Below are positions 1 to 9,536 of a DNA stretch of 64,000 nucleotides, piece after piece. The stretch covers positions 82,347-146,346 of the forward strand of contig JABLXQ010000009.1 of assembly GCA_013178375.1 (NCBI GenBank), read 5' to 3'. The stretch comes from Gammaproteobacteria bacterium. GTDB taxonomy: Bacteria; Pseudomonadota; Gammaproteobacteria; Pseudomonadales; Ketobacteraceae. The notes below the pieces were generated by a model. The model saw only the letters and a list, made by a program, of their open reading frames with translations, ran no database searches and was not told the origin of the DNA. The position numbers and the translations under genes were made by a program. Position 1 is the first letter of the stretch. The number at the start of each line of letters is the position of its first letter.

Positions 1-1606
1 CGATCAGGCTGATCTGGTCATTCGCCACCAGCCCGGCATTGTCGATCGCCTCGCTGAAAATCAGCGACAGGCCATCGCGGATCGGGAATTCGGTGGCGCC
101 ATCCGCCGGATAGCTGCCGGTAATGGTGGGCGCCTGCGCATCGTCAGGCTTGCTCGCACTCAGATCCGAATTGATGCCCAGCACCATATGCGCCGGCGCC
201 AGATCCAGCCCCAGCAGATCCATGGTCAGGGTGCGCACGGTTTCAATCGTCAGATTGCCGTTCACGATCCTGGCGGTACCAGTAGCCTGCACATGGGGAA
301 TGGTCTGGTTCAGCACGGCGTTGCCTGCGCTGTCGGTGCCAGTCAGGGCCAGATCGAAAATCAGGTACACCGACACCGGCGCCTTGGTGTCGTCGGGAAT
401 GGTGTCGGCACTGCGGTAAGGATTACGCCCGAGAAAACCGGTGACATCCGACAGGAACGTCGCCTTGATGTCGCCGGTCTGCAGGTTGGCCGACACCTCG
501 CCACCCAACTGCAGATCCAGCCCGGTGATGTTGAGGAAATTGCCCCGCCGGATCACGAACGGAATCAGGCCCTCGAAATTGCCCGGGTCCGCCAGTTCCG
601 CCTGCACGGTGCTGTCCCGCAGATTGATATCGTTGGCACCGATAAGAGGGGAATACAAGTCGATGCTGTTGAGCGCGTGCCCGGTGGTGAAGGACGTGGC
701 CGGGAATCCCGCTTCGCCGAACGCCACCGTGGTATTGAAATGCTGAGTGATCACACAGTCGCAGGCATTCGCATCCTCGGGCACCAGTTCGTAGGTGACA
801 TCCGCCAGGGCTTCGCCGTTGAGATCCCGCACCGCACTGGTCAGACGCACCCGGTAGGTGGCGCCCGGGATCAGATCCTCGTCCGGATCGAAGCTCACGT
901 GCTGGCGCCGCACCATCAGGGAACCCACCACCGGCGTCTCGGTAGCGCCATCCACGGCCAGGAACTGGAAGCTGCTGCCGGCCTGCACGGTTTTTTCATC
1001 CAGGGGCTCGGTGAACTCCACCCGCACGGTGGCAAAATCCATGAACGGATAACGGCCGGACTGGGTGCTGCCCGGCAGATACACCGCCGGCTGCTCGCCA
1101 TTGATCGCCCGCACCGCCGGCACCGATCCGCTGACCGGATCATTCTGGCTGGTGGTAAAGGTCAGCAGGGGCGCGCTGGCGGGCAAATTGGTGTCGCCGC
1201 CCCCAATCACCGCACTGCGCATATGCAGCGCGTACTGGGTGCCCTGCAGCAACTGGTCCGTCTCGAATTCCACCACCTTGCCATTGACCACGGGGCTGAT
1301 CGCCACCAGGCTGTTGCCGGGGCCCACCAGACAGAAATTGCCGCTGACAGTGCCACCGCCGTCCACGCTGCAGGTGGCATCCACCGCGCTCTGGCTGGCA
1401 TTGCGGCTGAATCCGACGTAGAACCGGGTGCCAGTGGGCACATCGGTCTGGCCGGAAAAGGGATAGGTAAAGACCACGCCGTCCGACAGGACCGGTGGCT
1501 GGTAGGGATCGCCGGAGCCGCCCCCGTCACAGCCCGACAGGGCGCCCAGCAGAGCCAAGGTAGCCAGCCGGATTCCCAGGCCACCGGGAACAGAAGTGAA
1601 TTTCAT
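1..1606 (-). CDS. Large surface lipoprotein, N-terminal part; gene continues past the window start.
   Basis: An ATG at 1606 (minus) opens MKFTSVPGGLGIRLATLALLGALSGC-DGGGSGDPYQ, i.e. signal peptide, LSGC lipobox and Gly-rich linker. This frame is the codon-aligned antisense of the listed +ORF 188..1801. I reverse-translated 2..480 codon by codon and found no stop (no TTA/CTA/TCA on the + frame). The composition is T/G/V/D/N-rich, as in Ig-like or adhesin repeats. Confidence 0.7.
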   Translation of the reverse strand, partial: MKFTSVPGGLGIRLATLALLGALSGCDGGGSGDPYQPPVLSDGVVFTYPFSGQTDVPTGTRFYVGFSRNASQSAVDATCSVDGGGTVSGNFCLVGPGNSLVAISPVVNGKVVEFETDQLLQGTQYALHMRSAVIGGGDTNLPASAPLLTFTTSQNDPVSGSVPAVRAINGEQPAVYLPGSTQSGRYPFMDFATVRVEFTEPLDEKTVQAGSSFQFLAVDGATETPVVGSLMVRRQHVSFDPDEDLIPGATYRVRLTSAVRDLNGEALADVTYELVPEDANACDCVITQHFNTTVAFGEAGFPATSFTTGHALNSIDLYSPLIGANDINLRDSTVQAELADPGNFEGLIPFVIRRGNFLNITGLDLQLGGEVSANLQTGDIKATFLSDVTGFLGRNPYRSADTIPDDTKAPVSVYLIFDLALTGTDSAGNAVLNQTIPHVQATGTARIVNGNLTIETVRTLTMDLLGLDLAPAHMVLGINSDLSASKPDDAQAPTITGSYPADGATEFPIRDGLSLIFSEAIDNAGLVANDQISLI

Positions 1607-1830
1607 GCAAACCTCGTGATAACCGTCGCGTCGTCAACCCTGACCCCGTCACCACTCCCGGCGCTTTTTCCTCCAATTCCTGGAGTAAATATGGTCGACA
1701 GATCAACGACTGACCAGTCATTATGCAAGGATTTTCCCGATCCTGGACACAGAGCACCCTTGAACCGCTGCCGGATTCAGGGGAAACTGGCGCCCCTGTA
1801 GACAAAACAAGAACAACAAGAGGGGTTTGC

Positions 1831-2442
1831 ATGAAACACAGCTTCATGAAGCACAGGTTATTGACCGCGCTGATAGTGGGAACCGGGTTGCTGCTGTCGG
1901 CCTGCACCAACACCATCAAGTACGACACCAAGCCGCTCAAGCCCGTCGTGAAGACCAACGTCAACATGCCGGAATTCCAGAAGGCCACCCAGTCCATGGT
2001 CAGCGCCATGCTGCAGTCACCCCAGGTGCTGGAGATCACCGGCAACCAGCGTCCCAAGCTGGCAGTGTTCGGACTGGTGGATTTCACCGGCGAAGACATC
2101 GACATTTCGGCCCTGAACAACGGCATGTTTGCCCAGATCGGCCAGTCGGCCAAGTTCAACTTCGCCGACCCCACCGCCCTGACCAAGGCCGACCAGGCCC
2201 AGTCCCCCAACCGTTATGACCTGCTGGAAGACGCCACTGCCTCGAAGGCCCTGAGCCAGTCCGTGGGCGCCGACTTCCTGCTGATCGGCGAAGTCAGCAA
2301 CGTGGTGCGGTCGCAACCGCAGCAGAAGGAAGTCTGGTACCGGCTGTCGCTGAAGCTGGTGGACGAGCGCAGCGGCCAGTTCCTGTGGCAAGAGCGACGC
2401 GAATTCCTCAAGAGCCAGAAGAAGGTTATCTACGGCATCTGA
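1831..2442 (+). CDS. lpoB: LpoB-like lipoprotein (penicillin-binding protein activator LpoB family).
   Basis: AGAGGGG RBS then ATG at 1831. MKHSFMKHRLLTALIVGTGLLLSAC carries a signal peptide and lipobox. Blocks MVSAMLQSP, FLLIGEVSN and RLSLKLVDERSGQFLW match my recollection of LpoB (MVSKML..., YVLYSSASG, QLMLVQTGEIIW). Confidence 0.55.
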   Translation: MKHSFMKHRLLTALIVGTGLLLSACTNTIKYDTKPLKPVVKTNVNMPEFQKATQSMVSAMLQSPQVLEITGNQRPKLAVFGLVDFTGEDIDISALNNGMFAQIGQSAKFNFADPTALTKADQAQSPNRYDLLEDATASKALSQSVGADFLLIGEVSNVVRSQPQQKEVWYRLSLKLVDERSGQFLWQERREFLKSQKKVIYGI

Positions 2443-2472
2443 TGCCGGCTTTGAACCAGTGAAATCCTCCTC

Positions 2473-2775
2473 TCAGATAGACAGCGGCGGCGGCAACTCC
2501 GCCGCCAGCTCCCCGCCAGTGACGCAAGCCGCAGTTTGAACTCTCCAGCCTTTCACCGCCGCCCTATTCCCTTCACAATCGGGCAATTCACGATCAACTG
2601 ACAGCGGGGCGGCCGCCACCGCCGGCGCGGGCCATTCGGGCGTCTGCACCGGTACTGGCGCCAGCACCCGCAACCCGAAAACCAGCAGGGCACAGCCTGC
2701 CGCCAGTTGCAGCAGGGTCAGGCTGATTTCGTTCTGTCCGTGGGTGAATTGACTGTTCTTGACTAGTCTGTTCAT
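2473..2775 (-). CDS. Small single-pass membrane protein (hypothetical).
   Basis: GGAGG RBS 7 nt upstream of the ATG at 2775. MNRLVKNSQF... has one hydrophobic helix ISLTLLQLAAGCALLVFGL. The longer listed ORF (2473..2934) starts upstream without an RBS. Confidence 0.4.
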   Translation of the reverse strand: MNRLVKNSQFTHGQNEISLTLLQLAAGCALLVFGLRVLAPVPVQTPEWPAPAVAAAPLSVDRELPDCEGNRAAVKGWRVQTAACVTGGELAAELPPPLSI

Positions 2776-2960
2776 GGCAAGCCTCCGCCGGGGATTGGAT
2801 GGGTACCCTGCCATTACGCCGGCCATTTCGGGCGGCAAACCGCCGCAATCGAGGCAGACTGCCGCTGAATCCTGATCATTTGTGGCAGTGCACTTTCTGC
2901 GCGCCACACTTGATATACACTGACGCCATTGCACATCCGCACCAGCCAGCCACGAGATTT

Positions 2961-3659
2961 ATGGCCAAACACATTGCACTGATCGAAGACGAAGCGGCGA
3001 TCCGCGAAAACTACAAGGCCTTCCTGCAGCGTCAGGGTTACCAGGTCAGCACCTACGATTCGCGGCCGTCGGCCCTCAAGGCGTTCCACCAGTCGCTGCC
3101 GGACATGGCGGTGATCGACATCGGCCTGCAGGATGAAATCGAGGGCGGCTTCGACCTGTGCCGGGAACTGCGCCAGCTGGCGCCGCAACTGCCGATCATC
3201 TTCCTCACCGCCCGCGACAGCGAACTGGATGCGATTTCCGGCCTGCGCCTGGGCGCCGACGACTATCTCACCAAGGACATCAGCCTGCCCCACCTGGCGG
3301 CCCGCATCATCGCCCTGTTCCGCCGGCTGGATATCCTCAGCAAGCCCTCGGCCCTGTCCAACAAGCTGGAACGGCAGGAACTGATGCTGGACCTGGACCG
3401 CATGTACGCCACCTGGCAGGAACAGAACCTGGACCTGACCCTGACCGAATTCTGGATTCTGCACGCCCTGGCCAAACACCCCGGCCACGTGAAGAACCGC
3501 CAGCAGCTGATGGACGCCGCCAATGTGGTGCTGGACGACAACACCATCACGTCCCACATCAAGCGCATCCGCAAGAAATTCAACCAGATCGACGCCAGCT
3601 TCGACGCGATCCAGACCGTGTACGGCATGGGTTACCGCTGGCACATCCCGGACGCCTGA
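2961..3659 (+). CDS. OmpR/PhoB-family response regulator.
   Basis: MAKHIALIEDEAAIRENYKAFLQRQGY is a receiver domain (IEDE acidic pocket, phospho-Asp at MAVIDIGL, KD near TKDIS). The C-terminal winged helix ends VYGMGYRWHIP. The listed ORF begins upstream at a non-ATG codon; I chose the ATG at 2961. Confidence 0.85.
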   Translation: MAKHIALIEDEAAIRENYKAFLQRQGYQVSTYDSRPSALKAFHQSLPDMAVIDIGLQDEIEGGFDLCRELRQLAPQLPIIFLTARDSELDAISGLRLGADDYLTKDISLPHLAARIIALFRRLDILSKPSALSNKLERQELMLDLDRMYATWQEQNLDLTLTEFWILHALAKHPGHVKNRQQLMDAANVVLDDNTITSHIKRIRKKFNQIDASFDAIQTVYGMGYRWHIPDA

Positions 3660-3662
3660 TTC

Positions 3663-5738
3663 GTGGGGCTGCGTTCGCAACTGCTCGTCGTTTCCCTCTG
3701 CACCCTGCTGCTGCCCTGGGCGGGCTGCCAGTACGTGCAGGAAATGGAAGGCGTGCTGCGGGAAAACCAGAGCCACGCCATGATCGGCCAGACCGCCCTG
3801 CTGGCCCGCATGCTGAACCAGACCGTTGACCTGCCGGAACCGGTGAAGGGCAACCTGTTCTACACCCCGGTGCGCTACCAGCCGGTGGAAATGGACGGCT
3901 ATGACGACGACTGGCAGGGCCACAGCGCCGACACACTGGAAAACGCAGCCGCCTCGATGGACCTGCGCCTGCAGAAGGGGCTGCACGGCAACGACCTGTA
4001 TTTGTTCCTGCAACTGCACGACACCCGCCTGATCTACCACCACCCGGGCCAGAGCTTCCGCCGCAGCGACCACATCCGCGTGCGCACCGGGTCCGGCAAG
4101 AACGAATTGCAGTGGCTGTTCTTCACCAGCGGTCCGGGTCAGTTGCAGGTCTATGAAAAACGCACCGGCTACAAGCGACTACGGGCACGCCCCGAGATCG
4201 ATGCCTGGTGGCAGGAGACCGGCACCGGCTACCAGCTGGAAATCCGCATTCCCCGCAAGCTGATCCGCACCCATCTGGACATCCAGGTTTATGACCGCGA
4301 TCCCTACGAGAAAAAAACCCGGCTGGCCCTGTCCACCCGGCGTGGCGGCGATGCCTCGGTGTGGGTCAAACCGCTGGGGGATCTGCTGCCAGCCCTGCAG
4401 CCCTGGCGCACCCACGACACCGACATCACCCTGGTGGACCCTCGCGGCTGGCCCCTGGCGCCCCAGAAAAACTGGCTCAACGACGACAGCCCGCTGGACA
4501 GCAACGTCACCCTCGACCAGGGCCTGATCGACAAGACCATCAGCCGCTTTTACCGCTTCCTGGTGGAACACCTGACGCCACGCTCCAGTCACAGCCTGTG
4601 GCCGCTGCCCACGCAGGCCCTCAGCCGACTGCAGCAACGCATTCCGCTGGAAAAGCTGGACACCGCCAGCAGCCGCAACGCCAGCGCCGACTGGTTCCGC
4701 TGGCCCAACACCGACCGCGCCGCCCTGCTGGTGGTGCAGCCGGTACGGCAGGAAGGGGAACTCAAGGGTTACCTGCTCTACACCCAGACCGGTGAAGCCC
4801 TGGTGAGCATGACCAACAATGCCCTGCGCCGGGTCACCCACCGGGCCCTGCTGGTGATGGCCATCGTCGTGGCCGTGCTGATCCTGTATGCCTCATTCCT
4901 GTCCTGGCGTATCCGCCAGCTGAAAACCCGGGCCGAGGCCGCCATCACCAGCGACGGCAAGGTCAACCAGTTCATTCCCTCAAAACAGGAAGACGAGATC
5001 GGCGACCTGTCCCGCAGCTACCACAACCTGCTGCAGCGGGTGCGCAACTACACCAGCTACCTGGAAACCCTGGGCGGCAAGCTGGCCCACGAACTGCGCA
5101 CGCCGCTGGCCATCGTCAAATCCTCGCTGGAACTGGCCCAGACCAGCCCCGGCAACAACGCCGAATACCTGCAGCGGGCCCAGGAGGGCAGCGAACGCCT
5201 GCGCCTGATCCTGTCTGCCATGAGCGAGGCCAGCCGGGTGGAACAGACCATCCAGCAGAGCGATTTCCAGACCTTCGACCTGCGCTCGCTGGTGCGGGAC
5301 ATGGCCCAGGCCTATGGCGACACTTACACCAGCCACCGCTTCCAGAGCGAACTGCCGGATGTGCCGGCCTGGGTGCGCGGCAGCCCGGAACTGATCGTGC
5401 AGATGCTGGACAAGCTGGCGGACAACGCCCGCGACTTCGCCCCGCCCGACAGCACCATCGAGATCGCCGTCAACAGCTTCAAGAACAAATGGTTGCTGAC
5501 GGTGAGCAACATAGGCCCCACCCTGCCTCCAAACCTGGAAGGGCAGCTGTTCGATTCCCTGGTGTCCCAGCGCGATGCCGACCACAAGGGCCAGTCGCCC
5601 CACCTGGGGTTGGGCCTGTATATCGTCCGCCTGATTGCCGCCGCCCATGAAGGCCAGGTGGAAGCCCACAACCGCGCCCAGGGCGACGGCGTGGTGTTCA
5701 CCGTCACCCTGCCTGCCGCCAGCGCGGAGCGGAACTGA
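3663..5738 (+). CDS. Sensor histidine kinase with a large (about 370 aa) periplasmic domain.
   Basis: GTG start 4 nt after the regulator stop. N-terminal TM LLVVSLCTLLLPW, second TM LLVMAIVVAVLILYASFLSW, H-box LAHELRTPLAIV, and ATP-lid/G-boxes DNARDF and LGLGLYIVRLIAAAHEG. Confidence 0.85.
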   Translation: MGLRSQLLVVSLCTLLLPWAGCQYVQEMEGVLRENQSHAMIGQTALLARMLNQTVDLPEPVKGNLFYTPVRYQPVEMDGYDDDWQGHSADTLENAAASMDLRLQKGLHGNDLYLFLQLHDTRLIYHHPGQSFRRSDHIRVRTGSGKNELQWLFFTSGPGQLQVYEKRTGYKRLRARPEIDAWWQETGTGYQLEIRIPRKLIRTHLDIQVYDRDPYEKKTRLALSTRRGGDASVWVKPLGDLLPALQPWRTHDTDITLVDPRGWPLAPQKNWLNDDSPLDSNVTLDQGLIDKTISRFYRFLVEHLTPRSSHSLWPLPTQALSRLQQRIPLEKLDTASSRNASADWFRWPNTDRAALLVVQPVRQEGELKGYLLYTQTGEALVSMTNNALRRVTHRALLVMAIVVAVLILYASFLSWRIRQLKTRAEAAITSDGKVNQFIPSKQEDEIGDLSRSYHNLLQRVRNYTSYLETLGGKLAHELRTPLAIVKSSLELAQTSPGNNAEYLQRAQEGSERLRLILSAMSEASRVEQTIQQSDFQTFDLRSLVRDMAQAYGDTYTSHRFQSELPDVPAWVRGSPELIVQMLDKLADNARDFAPPDSTIEIAVNSFKNKWLLTVSNIGPTLPPNLEGQLFDSLVSQRDADHKGQSPHLGLGLYIVRLIAAAHEGQVEAHNRAQGDGVVFTVTLPAASAERN

Positions 5739-5873
5739 GTCCGTCCGGCTGCTTTTGCAGCAACTGGCCAAATCTGGATTATGCTGAAAGGGCAGCGGCG
5801 GGATTTGCCGGCTTGCAACCGGCTCCCGGACTGAGCCACTATTGATCAAACAACAACCAAGCCGGATACCCGC

Positions 5874-6224
5874 ATGAGCACTGACGACGAGCGCCGCCGC
5901 GCCCCCCGCGCCCCCATCGACGACACCCTGTTCATCAAATCCATTTCGTCCCGGCAGGTCAGCATGCTGGAACCGGGCAACATCGGCGCCGCCGCCAGCA
6001 CCATCAACGCCTCGGCCACCGGCCTGCAGGTGGAGCTGGAATTCGACGTGTTGCAAGGCGCCGAAATTGCCCTGTGGATCAACGCCGAATCCGGCACCCG
6101 CACCCTGATCAGCGGCGTGATCCGCTGGAGCCGCCCTACCGAACGGGACAGCTTCCTGGTGGGCATCGAACTGGACGCCGAATCGGGTCCGGCCATCAAC
6201 GACTGGCTCGACAACATCCACTGA
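5874..6224 (+). CDS. PilZ domain protein (c-di-GMP receptor).
   Basis: Both PilZ signatures are present: RRAPR (RxxxR) and NASATG (D/NxSxxG). Confidence 0.7.
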   Translation: MSTDDERRRAPRAPIDDTLFIKSISSRQVSMLEPGNIGAAASTINASATGLQVELEFDVLQGAEIALWINAESGTRTLISGVIRWSRPTERDSFLVGIELDAESGPAINDWLDNIH

Positions 6225-6397
6225 GCCTGCCTGCCGCGAGGGCCGTTGCGCCCTCCCTCATCAATCAGCTTGCGCACAGCCTTGCAGTTTCGCCACAATA
6301 ACGCTGCAAGGGGCCGGAGCCGGCTCCTCCGATAACAACAATCGACAACAAAAAATGAAGCCATCCTGGCCAGCGCGGCCAGGCCGAGGGAAGCGCC

Positions 6398-6766
6398 ATG
6401 AGAAGTACCATGAAAAGCCTTGTCCACGCCGTAACACTGGCCGCCCTGCTCGGCGGCTGTAGCTCGTCTTCCATCATTCCCCAGCAGGAAGACCCCATCA
6501 TCACCGAGCTGAAAGGCAAGAACACCGATTTCGTCACCAACAAACTGGGCCTGCCCAACCAGCGCGAAGAAACCCGCTCCGGCGGCGTGATCTGGGTGTA
6601 TCTCGACAAGCGCAAAGGCATGAGCGCCAGCGAGTGCAGCGTGACCCTCTCCATCCGCCAGAACAATGTGGAAAGCGTCGTCATCAAGACCGAAGCGCCA
6701 TCCCTGCTGTCGGCGGTGAACAGTTCCTGCGAAAACATCCGCAAGTCACTGACCAACCACTCCTGA
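6398..6766 (+). CDS. Small lipoprotein, possibly SmpA/OmlA (BamE)-like.
   Basis: AGGGAAG RBS. MRSTMKSLVHAVTLAALLGGCSS carries a lipobox. LGLPNQREETRSGGVIWVY resembles the BamE lG.P....W.Y core; this is weak. Confidence 0.45.
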   Translation: MRSTMKSLVHAVTLAALLGGCSSSSIIPQQEDPIITELKGKNTDFVTNKLGLPNQREETRSGGVIWVYLDKRKGMSASECSVTLSIRQNNVESVVIKTEAPSLLSAVNSSCENIRKSLTNHS

Positions 6767-6989
6767 TCCGCCTACAGGCCGGGCCTGTCGCTGGCCCGCG
6801 CCCTGCCCCTTGATGGATACTCCTTTTGAACGTTGTCACGGGGATGCGTTTTGCATTTCCATGACTGCCGCAGCCCCCGTTACCAAATCGGCATGGACTT
6901 CGGGAAACAGCGTGATTAACCTGCGCAGCGTTTCGTCCTGCCAACGCAGGCTGCTTCTGTTTCGCTGACACGTTGGGGAGTCTGTCGTC

Positions 6990-9377
6990 ATGAATCAACG
7001 GATCGCTGCTTTTCTCGTCCGCTACCGGCTGTGGCTGTTCCTGGCCAGCCTGCTCATGGTGGGCGTGGCTGCCACCGGTTTCTCCCGTCTGGAGTACGTA
7101 GCCGACTACAAGAATTTCTTTGCACCGGACGATCCGCACCTGCGCGCGTTCGAGGATCTGCAGGACACCTTCAGCCGCGTGGACAACGTGGTGTTCGTGC
7201 TGGAACCGAAAAACGGCAAGGTGCTGTCGCCGGAGGGCATCCGGGCCCTGCAGTGGATCACCGAGGCCGGCTGGAAACTGCCGTTCTCGATCCGCATGGA
7301 CTCCCTCGCCAATTTCCAGCACACCCGCGCTGAAGAAGATGAGCTGATCGTGGAAGATCTGGTGCCGGCGGATTTCGACGGCAGCGCCGCCAGCCTCGAC
7401 CGCATCGCCCGCATCATCGCCAGCGAACCCACCGTGAGCAAACGCACGCTGACGCCGGATGGCGCACTCACCCTGGCCATGGTGACACTGGAACTGCCGC
7501 AAGATCAGACCACGGCGCTGGAACAGCTGATGGAAGGCCCCGGCGGCGTCAACGAGCTGGTCGCACAATTCCAGGCTGCCCACCCGGAGGTCACCGTCCA
7601 TGTCACCGGCGTGTCGGTGTCCAACTATTACCTGGGTATCGTCTCTGCCCGCGACATGAATGTTCTGATGCCCGTACTGCTGCTGGTGGTGCTGGTACTG
7701 GTGGGCGTCATGACGCGCTCGGTGGCCAACACTTTCCTTACCCTGTTCGTGGTGATCGTGTCCGTGGTCACCACCATCGGCTGCGTCGGCCTGCTGGGTT
7801 TTCCGCTCAACAATGTAAGTTCCGTGGCACCAATGGTGATCCTGACTCTGGCGGTGGCGGAATGCGTGCACCTGCTCTGCTATTACTCGATCAAGTTGCG
7901 GGAAGGTCACAGCAAGGAAGACGCCATGCGGCTGAGCCTGGAAAGCAACCTGCGCGCGATCTTCTTCACCAGCTTCACCACTGCGGTGGGCTTCATGGGC
8001 ATGAACACCATCGATTCGCCGCCATTCGTGCAGTTCGGCTACATCGCATCATTCGGCATCGTCATGGCCTATGTGTTCGGCCATACCATGCTGCCGCAAC
8101 TGGCGATCTGGCTGACCCGCGCCCACACCGGGCCGACCGAGCAGCATAGCGACACCGTGCACAGCGCCACCGCCGACTGGGTGATCGCCCATCCCCGGCG
8201 AGTGTTCTTCGGCACGCTGCTGGTGTCCTTTGCCATCAGCGTCAGCATGGTGCTGAACGACATGAACGACGACAACGTGGGTTATTTCGACCGGGACATG
8301 CCGCTGCGCGTCGCCATCGAACGGGCGGAACAGCACGGGATGGGTATGAACTTCATCGAATATTCACTGGATGCCGGCGAGAATTACGGCATCACCGATC
8401 CTGCCTATCTGGCCAAAGTGGAAAAATTCATCCAGTGGGCCCAGCAGCAACCGGAAGTGATCAACGTATCGTCCTTCACCAACGTGCTGAAGCGGCTGAA
8501 CCAGAACATGCACGGCGACGATCCCGCTTACTACATATTGCCGGAATCCCGCGAGCTGGCATCGCAGTATCTGCTGATGTACGAAATGTCGCTGCCAGTG
8601 GGCATGGACCTGAACAACCAGATTGACACCGGCAAATCGGCGCTGCGCATTACTCTCAGCACGCGCATGATGAAAGCGAAACAGAACCTGGCGCTGGAGC
8701 AACGCGTACAGGACTGGATGGCCGCCAATATTCCCGAACTGCAAACCCACGGCGCCAGCCCCACCATCATGTTTTCCCATATCGGCCAGAACAGCATTCG
8801 CAGCGTAATGACGGGCTCGCTATCCGCCATCGCCATCATCTGCCTGTGCATGATGTTTGCGTTTGGTTCCCTGCGGCTGGGCCTGATGGCACTGCTGCCG
8901 AATATTTTTCCGTCCACCATCGCGCTGGGCCTGTGGGGCCTGTTCGTGGGTGAAGTCAACATGGCGGTGGCGGTGATCTTCACCATTTCGTCCGGCATCA
9001 TCGTCGACGACACCATTCACCTGTTCTCGAAATTCTCCGACGGCCTGCGCAAGGGCCTGAACGTGGACGACAGCATCCGTTACTCATTCGCCCATGCCGG
9101 ACGTGGCGTGGTGATCACGACGGTAGTGCTGTGCGCCGGTTTCGCGATGCTGGGTTTCTCGGATTTCATCGTGAACAGAACCCTTGGCATTCTGGTGGCC
9201 GGCACCATCGCGATTGCGATCCTGTTCGATCTGCTGTTCCTGCCGTCGGTGCTGAAGGTGTTTCCCATCGACACCGCACGGTTTTACCAGCCTCCCGCAC
9301 ACCCGGCGACGAACGGTGCCGGCAGCGCGGAAGCTTACCGCCCGCAACCGGAAAAACTGGCGGAACCGACCGCCTGA
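6990..9377 (+). CDS. MMPL/RND-superfamily exporter (COG1033-type predicted exporter).
   Basis: 795 aa with two 6-TM bundles (VLMPVLLLVVLVLVGVM..., AIICLCMMFAFGSLRLGLMALLPNIF...) separated by large periplasmic loops. GGGGAG RBS. A hairpin terminator follows. Confidence 0.8.
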   Translation: MNQRIAAFLVRYRLWLFLASLLMVGVAATGFSRLEYVADYKNFFAPDDPHLRAFEDLQDTFSRVDNVVFVLEPKNGKVLSPEGIRALQWITEAGWKLPFSIRMDSLANFQHTRAEEDELIVEDLVPADFDGSAASLDRIARIIASEPTVSKRTLTPDGALTLAMVTLELPQDQTTALEQLMEGPGGVNELVAQFQAAHPEVTVHVTGVSVSNYYLGIVSARDMNVLMPVLLLVVLVLVGVMTRSVANTFLTLFVVIVSVVTTIGCVGLLGFPLNNVSSVAPMVILTLAVAECVHLLCYYSIKLREGHSKEDAMRLSLESNLRAIFFTSFTTAVGFMGMNTIDSPPFVQFGYIASFGIVMAYVFGHTMLPQLAIWLTRAHTGPTEQHSDTVHSATADWVIAHPRRVFFGTLLVSFAISVSMVLNDMNDDNVGYFDRDMPLRVAIERAEQHGMGMNFIEYSLDAGENYGITDPAYLAKVEKFIQWAQQQPEVINVSSFTNVLKRLNQNMHGDDPAYYILPESRELASQYLLMYEMSLPVGMDLNNQIDTGKSALRITLSTRMMKAKQNLALEQRVQDWMAANIPELQTHGASPTIMFSHIGQNSIRSVMTGSLSAIAIICLCMMFAFGSLRLGLMALLPNIFPSTIALGLWGLFVGEVNMAVAVIFTISSGIIVDDTIHLFSKFSDGLRKGLNVDDSIRYSFAHAGRGVVITTVVLCAGFAMLGFSDFIVNRTLGILVAGTIAIAILFDLLFLPSVLKVFPIDTARFYQPPAHPATNGAGSAEAYRPQPEKLAEPTA

Positions 9378-9383
9378 ATCAGG

Positions 9384-9425
9384 GCGCACCGGCAGACCTG
9401 TGGCGCTGCCGGTGCGCTATTTTGT
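9384..9425 (+). terminator. Rho-independent terminator after the MMPL gene.
   Basis: GCGCACCGGCAG-acctgtggcg-CTGCCGGTGCGC (12-bp perfect stem) followed by TATTTTGT. Confidence 0.6.
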
Positions 9426-9536
9426 AAGAAATCATGAGCCCCACCCCCATCCCCTTCCGCTCAACTGGCCTTTGCCCCCACCCGCCTTTAGAATGTGAAC
9501 CCTGCTGAATTCGCTTCACTCATCAAGGATTGCATC

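Noticed and set aside
188-1801. 537-aa +ORF rich in R/G/H/Q.
   Set aside because: It is the codon-aligned antisense frame of the minus-strand lipoprotein gene, verified by reverse-translating 2..480 into a signal-peptide and lipobox protein. The low-complexity basic composition is typical of a high-GC antisense artefact.
2814-4073. 419-aa minus ORF overlapping the response-regulator and kinase genes.
   Set aside because: It is antisense to two genes that carry clear receiver and HisKA/HATPase motifs. The Q/G/V-rich composition is low-complexity and there is no RBS.
2961-5738. Proteobacterial dedicated sortase-system regulator/kinase pair.
   Set aside because: The kinase length and large periplasmic domain suggested it, but no sortase or VWA-domain target gene is nearby. 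It stays a generic OmpR-type system unless an HMM hit says otherwise.
4980-6221. 413-aa minus ORF.
   Set aside because: It is antisense to the kinase C-terminus and the PilZ gene, is G/A/R-rich, and has no motifs.
9440-9536. Candidate sigma-70 promoter upstream of fabV (TTGCCC ... TAGAAT).
   Set aside because: The spacer between the hexamers is only about 11 nt, so I do not call a promoter.
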